IMG/VR virus record: IMGVR_UViG_3300031772_000001
Location: 32,001 to 96,000 of that record
Direction: 5' to 3' (one strand)
Source: a virus
DNA: 64,000 nt
Made by a program: the position numbers and the translations under genes. Shown here one piece after another: positions 50,739 through 61,010 of the stretch (position 1 is its first letter; every line of letters starts with the position of its first letter). The notes below the pieces were generated by a model. The model had not been told where the DNA came from and did not search any database. It was given only the letters and a program-made list of their open reading frames with translations.

Positions 50739-51734
50739 TTAATTGTTAATAACTGGTTGCAACTTCATCAATGAAATACCTATCTCAATACGCTCCTCAT
50801 CGGTCAAATCACGCACCGCCCTCCTCTTAATCCTCGTCTTCTGAGACTGAGACAGCTTATCAAGATCAATCATTTTCCCCTTATCCGTCACTGCTACCCA
50901 CTTACTTTTTGGAACACCAACCCACCCCTCAAAATACCCGTCCAAGTCATCAAAACCACCCCTCGGGGCACACAATTTTTTGTCTTTGTCTCTGTTCTTC
51001 ATAGAAACTACATCAAAATACTCCCGCCTACCATCAACCCTATCTATCCCGGAAAGTATGGACCTACAGCCCTGAAGTATCTGGTGTATTCTAGTGATAG
51101 ACACATTAAATAACTCAGCAATTTCTGTATTAGACCAATCCTCCAAGTGAAGGTAATAAATCCAATAATGACAAAACCAAACCGTTACTTTCTCGGGTTG
51201 TCCTTTGATGTTTATATAAACTTCGTGATCCTCGTGAATTTTTCCGTGAAAAAGATGCTTACGCCTGTCCTTGGGAAGAACACTAATTGCTTCCTGTAAA
51301 ATTAACTCACCCAAAACATCAACATTATCATCATCTGGAATAACATCGTAAAGTGACAATTCCTCCCCTTCTTCACACCTGAAGGTATTGCGAGATACCT
51401 TCATCTTACGAGAATCCTCTCTAAGAATATCGACTGCCCTGTTTTTCATTCCCCGAAGAAGATAATAGAACTTTGTACAAATTCTCACTGACGGGTCAGA
51501 CACTACTCCATACTTTTCAAGGAATTTAGATTCCTTAAAATGAATGTAGCAATTAGATATAAACTCGTCAATTTCCATGATGTAACACAAAGACGGGTAT
51601 CTCTTAAAAAGTCCAAAAGCCAACGGGCGAAAGTAATCCAACGCCTCCTTAACCGTAAACGAAGTTACAGTTACCACAGGAGAATTATCGGTTGTAGACA
51701 CAGAATCAAGGACTATGGAAGTAGTGGGCAGCAT
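50739..51734 (-). CDS. Probable phage sigma70-family factor
   Basis: Region-2-like MKNRAVDILR; LSLYDVIPD; region-4 HTH EIAELFNVS..RIHQIL. Confidence 0.7.
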   Translation of the reverse strand: MLPTTSIVLDSVSTTDNSPVVTVTSFTVKEALDYFRPLAFGLFKRYPSLCYIMEIDEFISNCYIHFKESKFLEKYGVVSDPSVRICTKFYYLLRGMKNRAVDILREDSRKMKVSRNTFRCEEGEELSLYDVIPDDDNVDVLGELILQEAISVLPKDRRKHLFHGKIHEDHEVYINIKGQPEKVTVWFCHYWIYYLHLEDWSNTEIAELFNVSITRIHQILQGCRSILSGIDRVDGRREYFDVVSMKNRDKDKKLCAPRGGFDDLDGYFEGWVGVPKSKWVAVTDKGKMIDLDKLSQSQKTRIKRRAVRDLTDEERIEIGISLMKLQPVINN

Positions 51735-51759
51735 CCAATCCTCCGATATTCTTTGAGAT

Positions 51760-52158
51760 TTATTCCATTGTTTTCTTTAGGTCATCCTCAGTCACTCCTA
51801 ACCCTACCGCAAGTTTCGATAGAGTCTCTGAATTAACCCCCCGAGTCACACCCCTGATAATTTTTGATATTGCCATCTGAGTTACACCACTTTGAAAAGC
51901 TAAGTCATGCTGAGAGTAACCCAACTTAGCCATCTTCTTCTTGACAAAAGCACCAAGAGAAGATGTAGCTGTAGGCTCAAATATCTTATCAAAAATTATC
52001 TTAGGAACTGACAGGCACACATTATCTTCCCCTACTTTTGCCGCAACCTGCACAGAGTCAGTCTCCTTGCAGTATAGGAGATAGTGCCATTCCTTCACGA
52101 TACAATGAAAGACCTGACTTGACTTGCTGGAATCAACTTTCAATCGCAATCGGCTCAT
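51760..52158 (-). CDS. XRE-family HTH regulator
   Basis: SQ.DLA..SGV.Q.AISKI..G, L.KLA..LGV. Confidence 0.85.
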   Translation of the reverse strand: MSRLRLKVDSSKSSQVFHCIVKEWHYLLYCKETDSVQVAAKVGEDNVCLSVPKIIFDKIFEPTATSSLGAFVKKKMAKLGYSQHDLAFQSGVTQMAISKIIRGVTRGVNSETLSKLAVGLGVTEDDLKKTME

Positions 52159-52519
52159 ATTCTTTTTCTCGCCTCAATGCCTCAAGGATATAGTGCTTCA
52201 TCACCGACCCATGACAAAACAAACCTCCCGCATCAACACAATCACAAACCAGAGTAACGTCCCCCTTTCGAGCTAATCCTACTAAAATAGAAAATGATGC
52301 TGCGAAATGCTCATCCGCAGACATCATATATGTAAGATACTCTCTGTAGTTAGTAAAGGCAAATCTTATCCTCTTGGTAAACACCCTTCCTACTACTCTA
52401 AAAAACCTAAAAGAAAACCACCGAGGAAACGGCTTGTACTTCTGCTCAAAAACCGACCCATCACCAATAAAAACTGAATTCCGAGAAACCCTTGCATTGC
52501 AGGAAATAACGTAAACCAT
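52133..52519 (-). CDS. DUF4326-like protein
   Basis: VFIG.GS, Y.EYL, L.C.C...CHG.V. Confidence 0.6.
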   Translation of the reverse strand: MVYVISCNARVSRNSVFIGDGSVFEQKYKPFPRWFSFRFFRVVGRVFTKRIRFAFTNYREYLTYMMSADEHFAASFSILVGLARKGDVTLVCDCVDAGGLFCHGSVMKHYILEALRREKEYEPIAIES

Positions 52520-52527
52520 AACTCAAA

Positions 52528-53154
52528 CTACTTCCCGCGCCGAAACGTCACCAAACTGCCCTTTACAACTAACCCCTTTACAGTAGGCACAACACGACCA
52601 CTCAAAGAATACTTCACAACACCAGAAGTATGTGTTATATTTCTACATTGTAAAGTATTTCTAACAGTAGCAGATGTTCCCCACTCCCGTACTCTAAAAG
52701 TCTTAGAGATTATGACCGTACCCCTACGAAAATCATAGAACTTAATTGCATATCCAGTATCCGGTAACATATTCACATTTATAGTAAAAACTATCCAAAC
52801 TGTATCTCCCTTGCTAAAATCACTACTCAAATGCATCCTATCCAATTCAGCACCTCCTTTATTGACCCTTATCTGACTTATAGAATCCCCATCATGTAAC
52901 AACACAAATCTCCAATTCACCGATTGACCAACTGAAGGATCTGACTGATAATTCCAATGAGCTTGATGAGTCAAAAAAGCACACCCTCCCGTAGGATACA
53001 TCCTGTTATAACCACACCCAAGACCACAGGTATTTTCAGCCCCACCATACGAAAGAAAAAAGAAATCCCCTTCAAAATCTATCTGACTCTGACCAAAAGA
53101 CAACCCACAAAACAACGCAACAATTCCAAGAACCTTACCAAGAACCTTACACAT
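52528..53154 (-). CDS. Secreted hypothetical protein with signal peptide and C-terminal sorting-like tail
   Basis: Hydrophobic N-terminus ending SFG|Q; C-terminal YSLSGRVV. Confidence 0.6.
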   Translation of the reverse strand: MCKVLGKVLGIVALFCGLSFGQSQIDFEGDFFFLSYGGAENTCGLGCGYNRMYPTGGCAFLTHQAHWNYQSDPSVGQSVNWRFVLLHDGDSISQIRVNKGGAELDRMHLSSDFSKGDTVWIVFTINVNMLPDTGYAIKFYDFRRGTVIISKTFRVREWGTSATVRNTLQCRNITHTSGVVKYSLSGRVVPTVKGLVVKGSLVTFRRGK

Positions 53155-53184
53155 AACACACCTCCTGTTTATTAAAAATATTAC

Positions 53185-54498
53185 TTAGAACACCATATCT
53201 TTCAACATAGCCTCATAAACCTCACACTGATCCGAGTTCTTATCATCCCTCCACCGAATCAATCTACAATGACGTATCCTCATAGCCTTTGACGAAATAT
53301 TCTGCCCATCAATTTCTGCAACCTTACCCATAAATACCGGGTCAAGATGAGGAAGACCTTGCTCGTCTACAACTGTTATTGATTTTCGGAAATCCAAAGC
53401 AAGTCCAGAGATATTACCTATCTCATGTTGCACACGCTCACCATTAGGCTTTACAAGCCATACAGAGAACTTCAAAGTTCCCACCAAGCTCTCGTATGCC
53501 TTACCCTTATCCCCCGGCTCCCAACCGCTCACAAAGGCATCCATAGTGTCATTAAGCGCAGTATCCGTCAACGACCCTGAAACAGTACGCTTAATCTTAA
53601 TCCACTTACAGCGAGCACGACTCTCTTGTGCCAAGTACAGAGCTTTAACGTGCTTCGCAATCACTCCCTCACCCTTGGCCGCAATAATCTTTTCGTAAAA
53701 ATCCTTCTTGCCTACCTTATCGTAAACCGTCTCAAGAAACTCTACGTTAAGCCCCGCAGCCTTTTCCACAGTACAAACAATCCTTGTGACTTTCTCTCGC
53801 TCGATCTGTGTAAGCTGCCGGTTTCCACCCTCAATCAACCATGACCCATTAAAATTCATAACGTCAAAAGCAAAAAACTTCAGTGGACAACCTTCGTTTT
53901 TCTGAATTGAGATAGAGTCAGCATCGTTAAGACCAAGCAACGCAGTTACAGCACTCAACTGAGTCTCCGTATCCGAGACACCCCTTGACCTCATAACAGT
54001 GCTGATATTTGGATTCGTACAAACTAACTCTGAGTCTGCCATGTACTCATCAAACTGACAAGACAACTCTTCGAGATTAAGATTCGGTTGATAGATGTTT
54101 TTGTATTCTATCGGCAGATAATCACGAACTGAAATACCTCTTGAATAAAAATAAAGACCTTCCCCACGCACAAACACGCGCAATAAACGAACTCCGTCCA
54201 TCTTCTCCTGAAATCCCCACTCATCAGAGTCCCATATCGCAGCCTGCACATCAGGAGCAGCCGCGTTAAAACGATTAGCCAACATTGGACTTTCCAGCCT
54301 CATTACCATCTGTAAATGCTTTGGAATACGCCCGTCAGGATACCTCAATTTGAGATGATAATTACGAAGTGCTAGAATATAGTCATCCTTTGAGCACTTC
54401 TTTCCACCTGTCTTACTATTCCGTGTAGGCTCAACAAAAAGCCCGTACTGACGGCACTCTCTGTCTAAATCAGCAATTGTTCTTATTCCAATACCCAT
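53185..54498 (-). CDS. ATP-dependent DNA ligase
   Basis: EKMDGVR motif I, DSE, FDV, EGVIAK, W.KIK, R.DK. Confidence 0.92.
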   Translation of the reverse strand: MGIGIRTIADLDRECRQYGLFVEPTRNSKTGGKKCSKDDYILALRNYHLKLRYPDGRIPKHLQMVMRLESPMLANRFNAAAPDVQAAIWDSDEWGFQEKMDGVRLLRVFVRGEGLYFYSRGISVRDYLPIEYKNIYQPNLNLEELSCQFDEYMADSELVCTNPNISTVMRSRGVSDTETQLSAVTALLGLNDADSISIQKNEGCPLKFFAFDVMNFNGSWLIEGGNRQLTQIEREKVTRIVCTVEKAAGLNVEFLETVYDKVGKKDFYEKIIAAKGEGVIAKHVKALYLAQESRARCKWIKIKRTVSGSLTDTALNDTMDAFVSGWEPGDKGKAYESLVGTLKFSVWLVKPNGERVQHEIGNISGLALDFRKSITVVDEQGLPHLDPVFMGKVAEIDGQNISSKAMRIRHCRLIRWRDDKNSDQCEVYEAMLKDMVF

Positions 54499-54507
54499 GA
54501 GATCCCC

Positions 54508-54903
54508 TTAGACATCACTAATCTTCGACACCCGCTGACACCAATTCAACGCCCACTGATTCCGAACATCCTCATAACAAGAGTTCCCGGCCCTATCACC
54601 GAGCTTTGCAATAAGTTTTTTCAAAAAGAACACCATCTCATGTTGATTAGACCTATGCTGCTCTACAAAAATCTCTGCTACTGCCTCTGAATCCAGCCCC
54701 TCAAAATCAAAAGGGGTCTTACTGACCAATGCAGCAAAACCCTCTATAACCTTCCGGTAACGCTCCACTTTTCTCCTCAGAGCCTCACGATTCGCACAAC
54801 CCACACAGACAGACTCCCCGTGTGTGAGCGGCCCTACGGTGTCCAGATACAACCGCGTACCATCTTGTACAATACTCTTATGGCAGATGAAACAAGACGG
54901 CAT
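54508..54903 (-). CDS. Hypothetical protein
   Basis: 131 aa; CxxC pairs. Confidence 0.55.
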   Translation of the reverse strand: MPSCFICHKSIVQDGTRLYLDTVGPLTHGESVCVGCANREALRRKVERYRKVIEGFAALVSKTPFDFEGLDSEAVAEIFVEQHRSNQHEMVFFLKKLIAKLGDRAGNSCYEDVRNQWALNWCQRVSKISDV

Positions 54904-56104
54904 ATCAATCAGCCCTTCACAATATCTTCCCGAACAACAGTCACACCATGCTTTTCAAGGTACTTAATCACCGTGTTGTGCAAAATCAAATCGTCTACCA
55001 ACTTGCGCTTAACCCTGAGCTTCTTAACCTCTCCCTTTTCGACCTGAGATAAAACCTCAAGCAGATCGAACCTGCCCCGAATAGCAAGCTCAATCCATAA
55101 TCTCTGCTCAACATCCTTGCTAAACCCGTTCAATATACTCACTTGTGACTCCTCCCTCTTGAATATAATCTTTGAAAACTGTAAAGTCAAGAAGTTTTTG
55201 AAAAAAGATTGAGTAACCAAGCCAAGAACCGGGCTAACAACTATCTTTGTAAAACTACCTTACGGCCATCTACCAACGTATGAATAATAGCAACATCATC
55301 CACGGTATACCGATATGAAGGATGAAACTTAGAAGCCTCCACAAGAACAGTCAACGCTTCTCGTGTAATGGACACAAAAGGCTTGTCCAACTCCAGAGAA
55401 ATCTTAGCAAGCTCTACGGCTTTCTTGACATCCATAACAACTACTCCTGTTTTTTCTCAACAAGATTCTCAATTGGCTTCCCGCACTTCTGGCAAACACC
55501 AGCAACTTCCGCGCAACCACGACACGCAACCGACACTTGAGGATAAAAATCATACTCCCCATGAAGACGGCATACCTGCTTTCCCTGGTAGACAAACAGG
55601 GAAGGACACGGGGAATACATCTCCAAACACCTTGCGCAAAGCTGAAAAACTCGTTCTGGGTTATTCATAAAAGCTCCTCACGAATCATCCACACTTAGCA
55701 TAGCCTCATTGTGCCGAAGCCGCATATTAACATCATGCAAGGACATCCCCAAATCCTCCTCTTCGAGGATCTGCTCTTGATCCTGCTCATTTCTCAAAAA
55801 ATCCTGCACACCCTGCACCTGATCCGAATTCCAAATAGGGCAAACCCGAAAGTTACATTTGTCATAACCCTTCTTACACGTCACGAAGAACTTCCCCGAC
55901 ACTCCCATATACGAAAAATGCCGGTCATCACAATGGTTCTGAAAAACGTGAAAGGGAACTACCTTTTCTGAAACACTCATGGTATATCTGCTACTTTCTA
56001 TGTGAGCACAAGTGAGGGGTTTACAACCCCGCGTCACACACACACAAATCAAAGAACAAAACTTGAAAAGAAGGAGGAGGCTTTTCAGCCCCCTCCCCAC
56101 CAAC

Positions 56105-57079
56105 CTACGGAATCTGCACGGTATCAAGCTGGACCGCCAGCCCAAAAGCCTTCTCCTTGATCGCCGCACCCGAACCGAACCAGATATTCTCCAGCCGGGC
56201 CGAACCCTTGATACTCCGGTAGTAATCCACGTACTCAACTACCGAGTTGTAAAGACCCCACGCAGTTCCCTTAAATTCAGGAAGATCGGCACCCTTTGCC
56301 TTACCCTCAAAAAGTTCCTTGATCGTATCTCGAACATTGATCGACCGAGTTGAATTCCCACCCACACCCATTGAAGGGATCACGTACTCAAGAAAGTAGG
56401 CCAACATCCCGGTATCAACCTGAATCCGCGCCATCTTCGAGAAAGCATCTTCGGCCTGAGCACTCTGCTGCTTGGCAAGTCCCAACACCCGAAGCCCTTC
56501 CTGCAACCCGGCATCCATCGACTTCGTGTGACGAACCTTTATGATCCGCGAAGCACGACCCAACGCCATTGACAGAGTGTTCTGACACACAACCCGAACC
56601 GAAGTCAAAGCGGCAGTGATGGAAGAAGTACCATCGTGCGAGTTTGACAGAAGAAGATACTGGTCAATAATGTCGTTTGCGCCAACCTTAATCTGATCCG
56701 GCAGTTTCGCCAGCACCCAAATCCGCTCACCGCGACCAAGAGCACCTGCCGTATCATAAGCAGCCGCCCCTTTGTCAATCACGGTATCGAAGAACTTGAA
56801 AGCCTCACGGTTTTGCAGTGGGAGGTACTGTTTGCCTACCGCACCAATCACCCCCGGCAACCCGTCTACATCTGACCGCTTGACGAAGAAATTTTCCTGA
56901 GACTCCGCAAAAGAACCATCGGGAGTTTTCAGGAAACACGGCATCTTAACGGCATCCCAATTCAGCCCCGCCGCGACGATTGCTTCCGAAGCGGTCAGAA
57001 GCCCTTGCACGATTGTCCCTTCCTTGTGCCACGGCACAATTCCCTGGCCCGAAAACATTGAGTTCACATTCGCTGACAT
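56105..57079 (-). CDS. DUF932/DUF945-family protein
   Basis: PWH..G, QN.EAF.FFD, TAG.L..G..IW.LA, NSHDG, RVVCQNTL, RHT, TAWGLYN. Confidence 0.92.
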   Translation of the reverse strand: MSANVNSMFSGQGIVPWHKEGTIVQGLLTASEAIVAAGLNWDAVKMPCFLKTPDGSFAESQENFFVKRSDVDGLPGVIGAVGKQYLPLQNREAFKFFDTVIDKGAAAYDTAGALGRGERIWVLAKLPDQIKVGANDIIDQYLLLSNSHDGTSSITAALTSVRVVCQNTLSMALGRASRIIKVRHTKSMDAGLQEGLRVLGLAKQQSAQAEDAFSKMARIQVDTGMLAYFLEYVIPSMGVGGNSTRSINVRDTIKELFEGKAKGADLPEFKGTAWGLYNSVVEYVDYYRSIKGSARLENIWFGSGAAIKEKAFGLAVQLDTVQIP

Positions 57080-57174
57080 AACCGTCCTCCTCTTAGATGA
57101 TTGTTTATTTGCCCTTACATCCCACATCTTTCTCTTCTTCTCTCTTCCCTCACTCTCATCTTCCCTACACTCTT

Positions 57175-57203
57175 AATATAACACAAGTCGAAACAAAAGT
57201 CAA
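57175..57203 (-). promoter_or_regulatory. Sigma70-like early promoter
   Basis: TTGACT-N17-TATATT followed by AAGAGTGTAG. Confidence 0.8.
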
Positions 57204-57272
57204 TAGAAATCTTCAAAAACTTTTAAGGTCTGTAACCCATTGAAAAATAACAAGTTACATCAGGTAGCTTTT

Positions 57273-57605
57273 TCAAAAATCCGTCTTCACCCAACACAGC
57301 TTCTTTGGGGGCCACTGCTTCGGCAGTATCTCGGTGTCTGCCCAATCATAGACCCGACTGAAAATTTCATCAAAAATATCAACGTCATCCTTATCCTCTG
57401 ACCCGGCAAGATCGCGCAAATCAAAAACAATATCATCAAGCTCAGAAAGTATACCTGAATCCTCTTTGAACTTGATAGCCAACGATGGGCGAAGAGCTTC
57501 CATCTTATCAGCAATCTCATTTGACAAGACAGACAACGCAACTTCCTCGTTCTTAGACTTCTTCCAAGTCTTCTCAATGTCAAGAGTATACTGCCAGTTC
57601 GCCAT
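57273..57605 (-). CDS. Conserved phage hypothetical protein
   Basis: MANW...L.I...W...YDWAD...CWV pattern; GGAGG RBS. Confidence 0.65.
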   Translation of the reverse strand: MANWQYTLDIEKTWKKSKNEEVALSVLSNEIADKMEALRPSLAIKFKEDSGILSELDDIVFDLRDLAGSEDKDDVDIFDEIFSRVYDWADTEILPKQWPPKKLCWVKTDF

Positions 57606-57615
57606 AAAACCTCCC

Positions 57616-58029
57616 TTATATCATCCGATTGTACCCACAAACCTTGATGCCATTCTTCCTATCCTCCCACACAGTCTCAAACCCCGCCTGAGAGTATGGA
57701 CCGTCAGGATAAACAAAAGTTGAAATAAAAGATATGTCTATCTTCTCAGGAAGGTACTTTTGGTATGCCTCCATCGTATCAATCAGAGACAACACAGCAC
57801 GACCGGGATTACCTTGTGCAAAAAGCTCTAAAGCAAGTAGCGCAGATTTTTCAAACAAAGGTAGCTGAAAAGCCTCAATACGCTTCTCCAGCACACTAAG
57901 GATGAAAGAGTTTTCTCTCATCTCAGGATAAACCAAAGCAAATGCCTGTGGATCTTTCTTATTGATCAGCAAAATAGCAAGAAAAGTTTGCGCCTCATCA
58001 TCGGTCATTGGTCTATGTGCAAAGCTCAT
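57616..58029 (-). CDS. Hypothetical protein
   Basis: 137 aa; GGAGG RBS. Confidence 0.6.
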   Translation of the reverse strand: MSFAHRPMTDDEAQTFLAILLINKKDPQAFALVYPEMRENSFILSVLEKRIEAFQLPLFEKSALLALELFAQGNPGRAVLSLIDTMEAYQKYLPEKIDISFISTFVYPDGPYSQAGFETVWEDRKNGIKVCGYNRMI

Positions 58030-58273
58030 AGACTACCTCCACAAGAACAACACCGGATTTTTTCTTTTTCCACTGAAGTAAACCCGACAGGGATTTAGGG
58101 ACACGACAAGAGCACTTTGGCCGAAGAACAATCACCGTATCAGGATCGTAAATGTTAAGCCCAATCATCCCAAGAGCAGGCTCAACAACACCACGATCCG
58201 GCCATACCAAAAGATCACCCTCTTGCACATGACCCTTCAAAATATGCTCATACCTCTTCATAAATCGCTTCCC

Positions 58274-58540
58274 CTATCCATAAATATACTCTATTGCAGA
58301 ATGTACCATGTAAACACAAGGCACGCCATCGTAAAAACTCTTGTGATAAGATACATGATAGTCATTCTTCAAAACAAGCCACTCCCGGCCATACCCAAAC
58401 TTCCGGTTAATCTCCCCGGTATCTACATACTTCCGAAAAGTTTCGTAGGTAATAGACCGTGCCCGATCCACCATCCTGTGAATCTTCTCAGCAGTTGAAT
58501 CAACACAGCAGATAATGTAGTGGTATTGTTTCATGCCCAC
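58274..58540 (-). CDS. Conserved phage hypothetical protein
   Basis: ITYETF, D.HVSY.KS, HSAIEYIY. Confidence 0.65.
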   Translation of the reverse strand: MGMKQYHYIICCVDSTAEKIHRMVDRARSITYETFRKYVDTGEINRKFGYGREWLVLKNDYHVSYHKSFYDGVPCVYMVHSAIEYIYG

Positions 58541-59001
58541 TCAGACCACACCCCATCCTTGATCACCCCGCGAGGGTAATCTTTTGGGTCAAGGCTAAGG
58601 TGGGTTTTTATGGAGTCCAGAAGAACCTCATAGTTATTCTCAATCCGTGAACCAAACCGACGAACCCACTCACCCAACTCTCCCCCAACAAACTCCTCAG
58701 AAAAAACCTCCAGACAGACTCGCAAAAATTCCTCAGCAGGAACCTCAACCCTTCCCGAACTCCGAACAATAACACCATTGAAAAGGGCAACCCCGTCTTC
58801 CTCTTCCAAATCTAAAAACATGGAAGACCTACGGGATCGAACCTCATGCACTGCCTCATCATTAGAAAGAATAAACCGCTCCTTCCCAACAATCAAAGCC
58901 CGCATATCAGGAGTTTTAGGGCGAGGAGTAACGTGATCCCCACCAGCATTCAGCAACTCCCGAATCACAGCAGACACATCAATGATCTTGACGAGACTCA
59001 T
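58531..59001 (-). CDS. Hypothetical protein
   Basis: 156 aa; AGGAGG RBS. Confidence 0.6.
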   Translation of the reverse strand: MSLVKIIDVSAVIRELLNAGGDHVTPRPKTPDMRALIVGKERFILSNDEAVHEVRSRRSSMFLDLEEEDGVALFNGVIVRSSGRVEVPAEEFLRVCLEVFSEEFVGGELGEWVRRFGSRIENNYEVLLDSIKTHLSLDPKDYPRGVIKDGVWSEWA

Positions 59002-59282
59002 TATCTACCTCCTATAAAGAAACATCCTGCCCTATTACGGGAAAATGCGTTTCAAGAACGCCGGGACGTGAAGAATCTATCCCACCTGACTGTTGCCCGT
59101 GACTCCCCTTATATGCGGCGCGTTTTTCGCAACAATTACTGGCAATGTCCTTAAAAAAATGAGGGCATACTTCACCAGACAAACAACACATTTCGCTGTC
59201 ACTCTCGTTAGTAAAAACATGTTCACAATATTTGTTCATTCACAACTCCTTAATAAATGGTGAGCATTTCTTACAACCACAC

Positions 59283-59555
59283 TTAAAGAGAATAAGCACG
59301 AGAAACACCACCACCAGAAACCAACCGATTGACAACATCTTTGTAACCTTGCCCACCATCCCGAAGAACTTGTTTGAACTTTTTAGGATAGTAGAATCCG
59401 TTACCACCAGACTGAAACGCCAGATTCTCAACTGGCACCTTACCATCCTTCCAACAAGATTCTGGGAGTATATACCCAAGCCCAACACCACCCAACTCAC
59501 ATACCGTTGTCACCTTTTCACCAATCGCCTGTACTGTACTTGCTCTGAGATTCAT
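59283..59555 (-). CDS. Hypothetical protein
   Basis: First gene after a promoter; GGAGG RBS. Confidence 0.6.
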   Translation of the reverse strand: MNLRASTVQAIGEKVTTVCELGGVGLGYILPESCWKDGKVPVENLAFQSGGNGFYYPKKFKQVLRDGGQGYKDVVNRLVSGGGVSRAYSL

Positions 59556-59627
59556 TCTCTACCTCCCTTATTTTTTCTTCTCTTTCCCGTCTCTCCCCTG
59601 TCTCTCCCCTGTCTCTCTTACACCTTT

Positions 59628-59656
59628 AATATACACCTTATTTGGATGATTGTCAA
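59628..59656 (-). promoter_or_regulatory. Sigma70-like early promoter
   Basis: TTGACA-N17-TATATT followed by AAAGGTGTAAGA. Confidence 0.8.
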
Positions 59657-59775
59657 TAGAAATCTTCAAAAACTTTTGACCTCTGTAAGTGATTGAAAAT
59701 AAACGACATAAAAAAGGCCAGAGTAATCCAACTCCAGCCAACTTTCAAATCACCTTGTTTTCAACTTGACATTTT

Positions 59776-60603
59776 TCAGCACTTGGAGAATGAGCACCGC
59801 CTACAGATCACACACCCCTCCTCATGCCCCAACGCAGCCCGACACTCAGGGCATAACCCCCGCTGTATCCAGTAATCCTCACCCTTGCCCTCATCACCAA
59901 CGTAGGGCACACCAGCCGTAAAAAACTTTGCTCTCTCCTTCGCCTGACTCAACCGAATAGGTTCCAACAAAGGAGATCCTACAGAAATGTCACTTATTTC
60001 AAAACTTTTCACTCCAGCAACATTGTCTTTGACCACACTCATGTCCGCTGGAAGATCCACCAGAAGATCCTCTGGCAACACATCAAACGGTTCTGATTTC
60101 TCAAAAATCTCAGACAATCTTGATTTTTCGATCCTATCCTTCGCAAGTTCTACGGTCTTACCTCGCAAATCATCTACGGATGAAAAAATCGCCCTCAACT
60201 CATCTTGATGATCCTCAAAAAACTTTTGCGCTTGTAAAGTCTTTCGTATCGCAGATGCAAGTGCCTTACTACAAGAACTATTTCCAGTTTTCTTAAACCC
60301 CTCATCACGCCCTGCACGATACCGAGCCGTAGGACATATCTCAGACTCAAGCTGATCCAAAATCTCCTCAATAGGGACATTGTTTTGTAAAGCGAGAGAG
60401 ACAAGCCGCCCCGTCATTTTTGTATTTGAAGAACACCCGCCCTTAGAAGATGACCCACAAAACACTTCGACCAGCTTCACCTTATCATGCCAATTAAACT
60501 TGATAGAGAAAAAAGATGACCCACAACCTGTCTGCTCCTTGAAAGTCAACCCGATAGTAGGATTATCCCTATGGACTCTTGCGTCTGTAAGACCGTCACC
60601 CAT
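59776..60603 (-). CDS. Class II ribonucleotide reductase C-terminal (TSCPD/zinc ribbon) domain protein
   Basis: TGCG, EVF...KGG, GRLVSLAL, I.DQL..I.C, SC..A.A, CPEC..L.HEEGC..C..C.FSKC. Confidence 0.85.
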   Translation of the reverse strand: MGDGLTDARVHRDNPTIGLTFKEQTGCGSSFFSIKFNWHDKVKLVEVFCGSSSKGGCSSNTKMTGRLVSLALQNNVPIEEILDQLESEICPTARYRAGRDEGFKKTGNSSCSKALASAIRKTLQAQKFFEDHQDELRAIFSSVDDLRGKTVELAKDRIEKSRLSEIFEKSEPFDVLPEDLLVDLPADMSVVKDNVAGVKSFEISDISVGSPLLEPIRLSQAKERAKFFTAGVPYVGDEGKGEDYWIQRGLCPECRAALGHEEGCVICRRCSFSKC

Positions 60604-60817
60604 CTACCCTCCCTTTAAGTTCTCTATACACGACCAAAAGACTCACCATTGACATCTTATATAGATTATCCATGAGAAGTCTCACAATGTCAATAGCAAT
60701 TTCCCGTCTCTTGTCTAATGCCTTTGAAGAAAGGTCAAGAGAAGTCTCAGAGTTTTCAACAACAAAATCAGGGGAGTCGTTCATTGGTAAAGTCTATCAC
60801 ACCTACACAACAAAAAT

Positions 60818-60993
60818 CGGGAAGACGGCAAGTTGGGAAATCCTAAGTACAACAACTAACAACAACCAATGAAGGTTTGTGTATGTAAGGTCAGCAACAA
60901 CAAGATAAATATAGCCCTACATTGCCACAACCATGACGTAAAGGAAATTCCCCGGCAACAAAGCAAGCCCTGTCACCCTTGCCGTCTATCCCG
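60818..60993 (-). ncRNA. Candidate ncRNA closed by a long stem, downstream of the DIP1984-like gene
   Basis: CGGGA(T)AGACGGCAAG pairs with CTTGCCGTCTTCCCG, enclosing 145 nt with repeated TTGTTG. Confidence 0.45.
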
Positions 60994-61010
60994 CATTATC
61001 CCACGTACAC

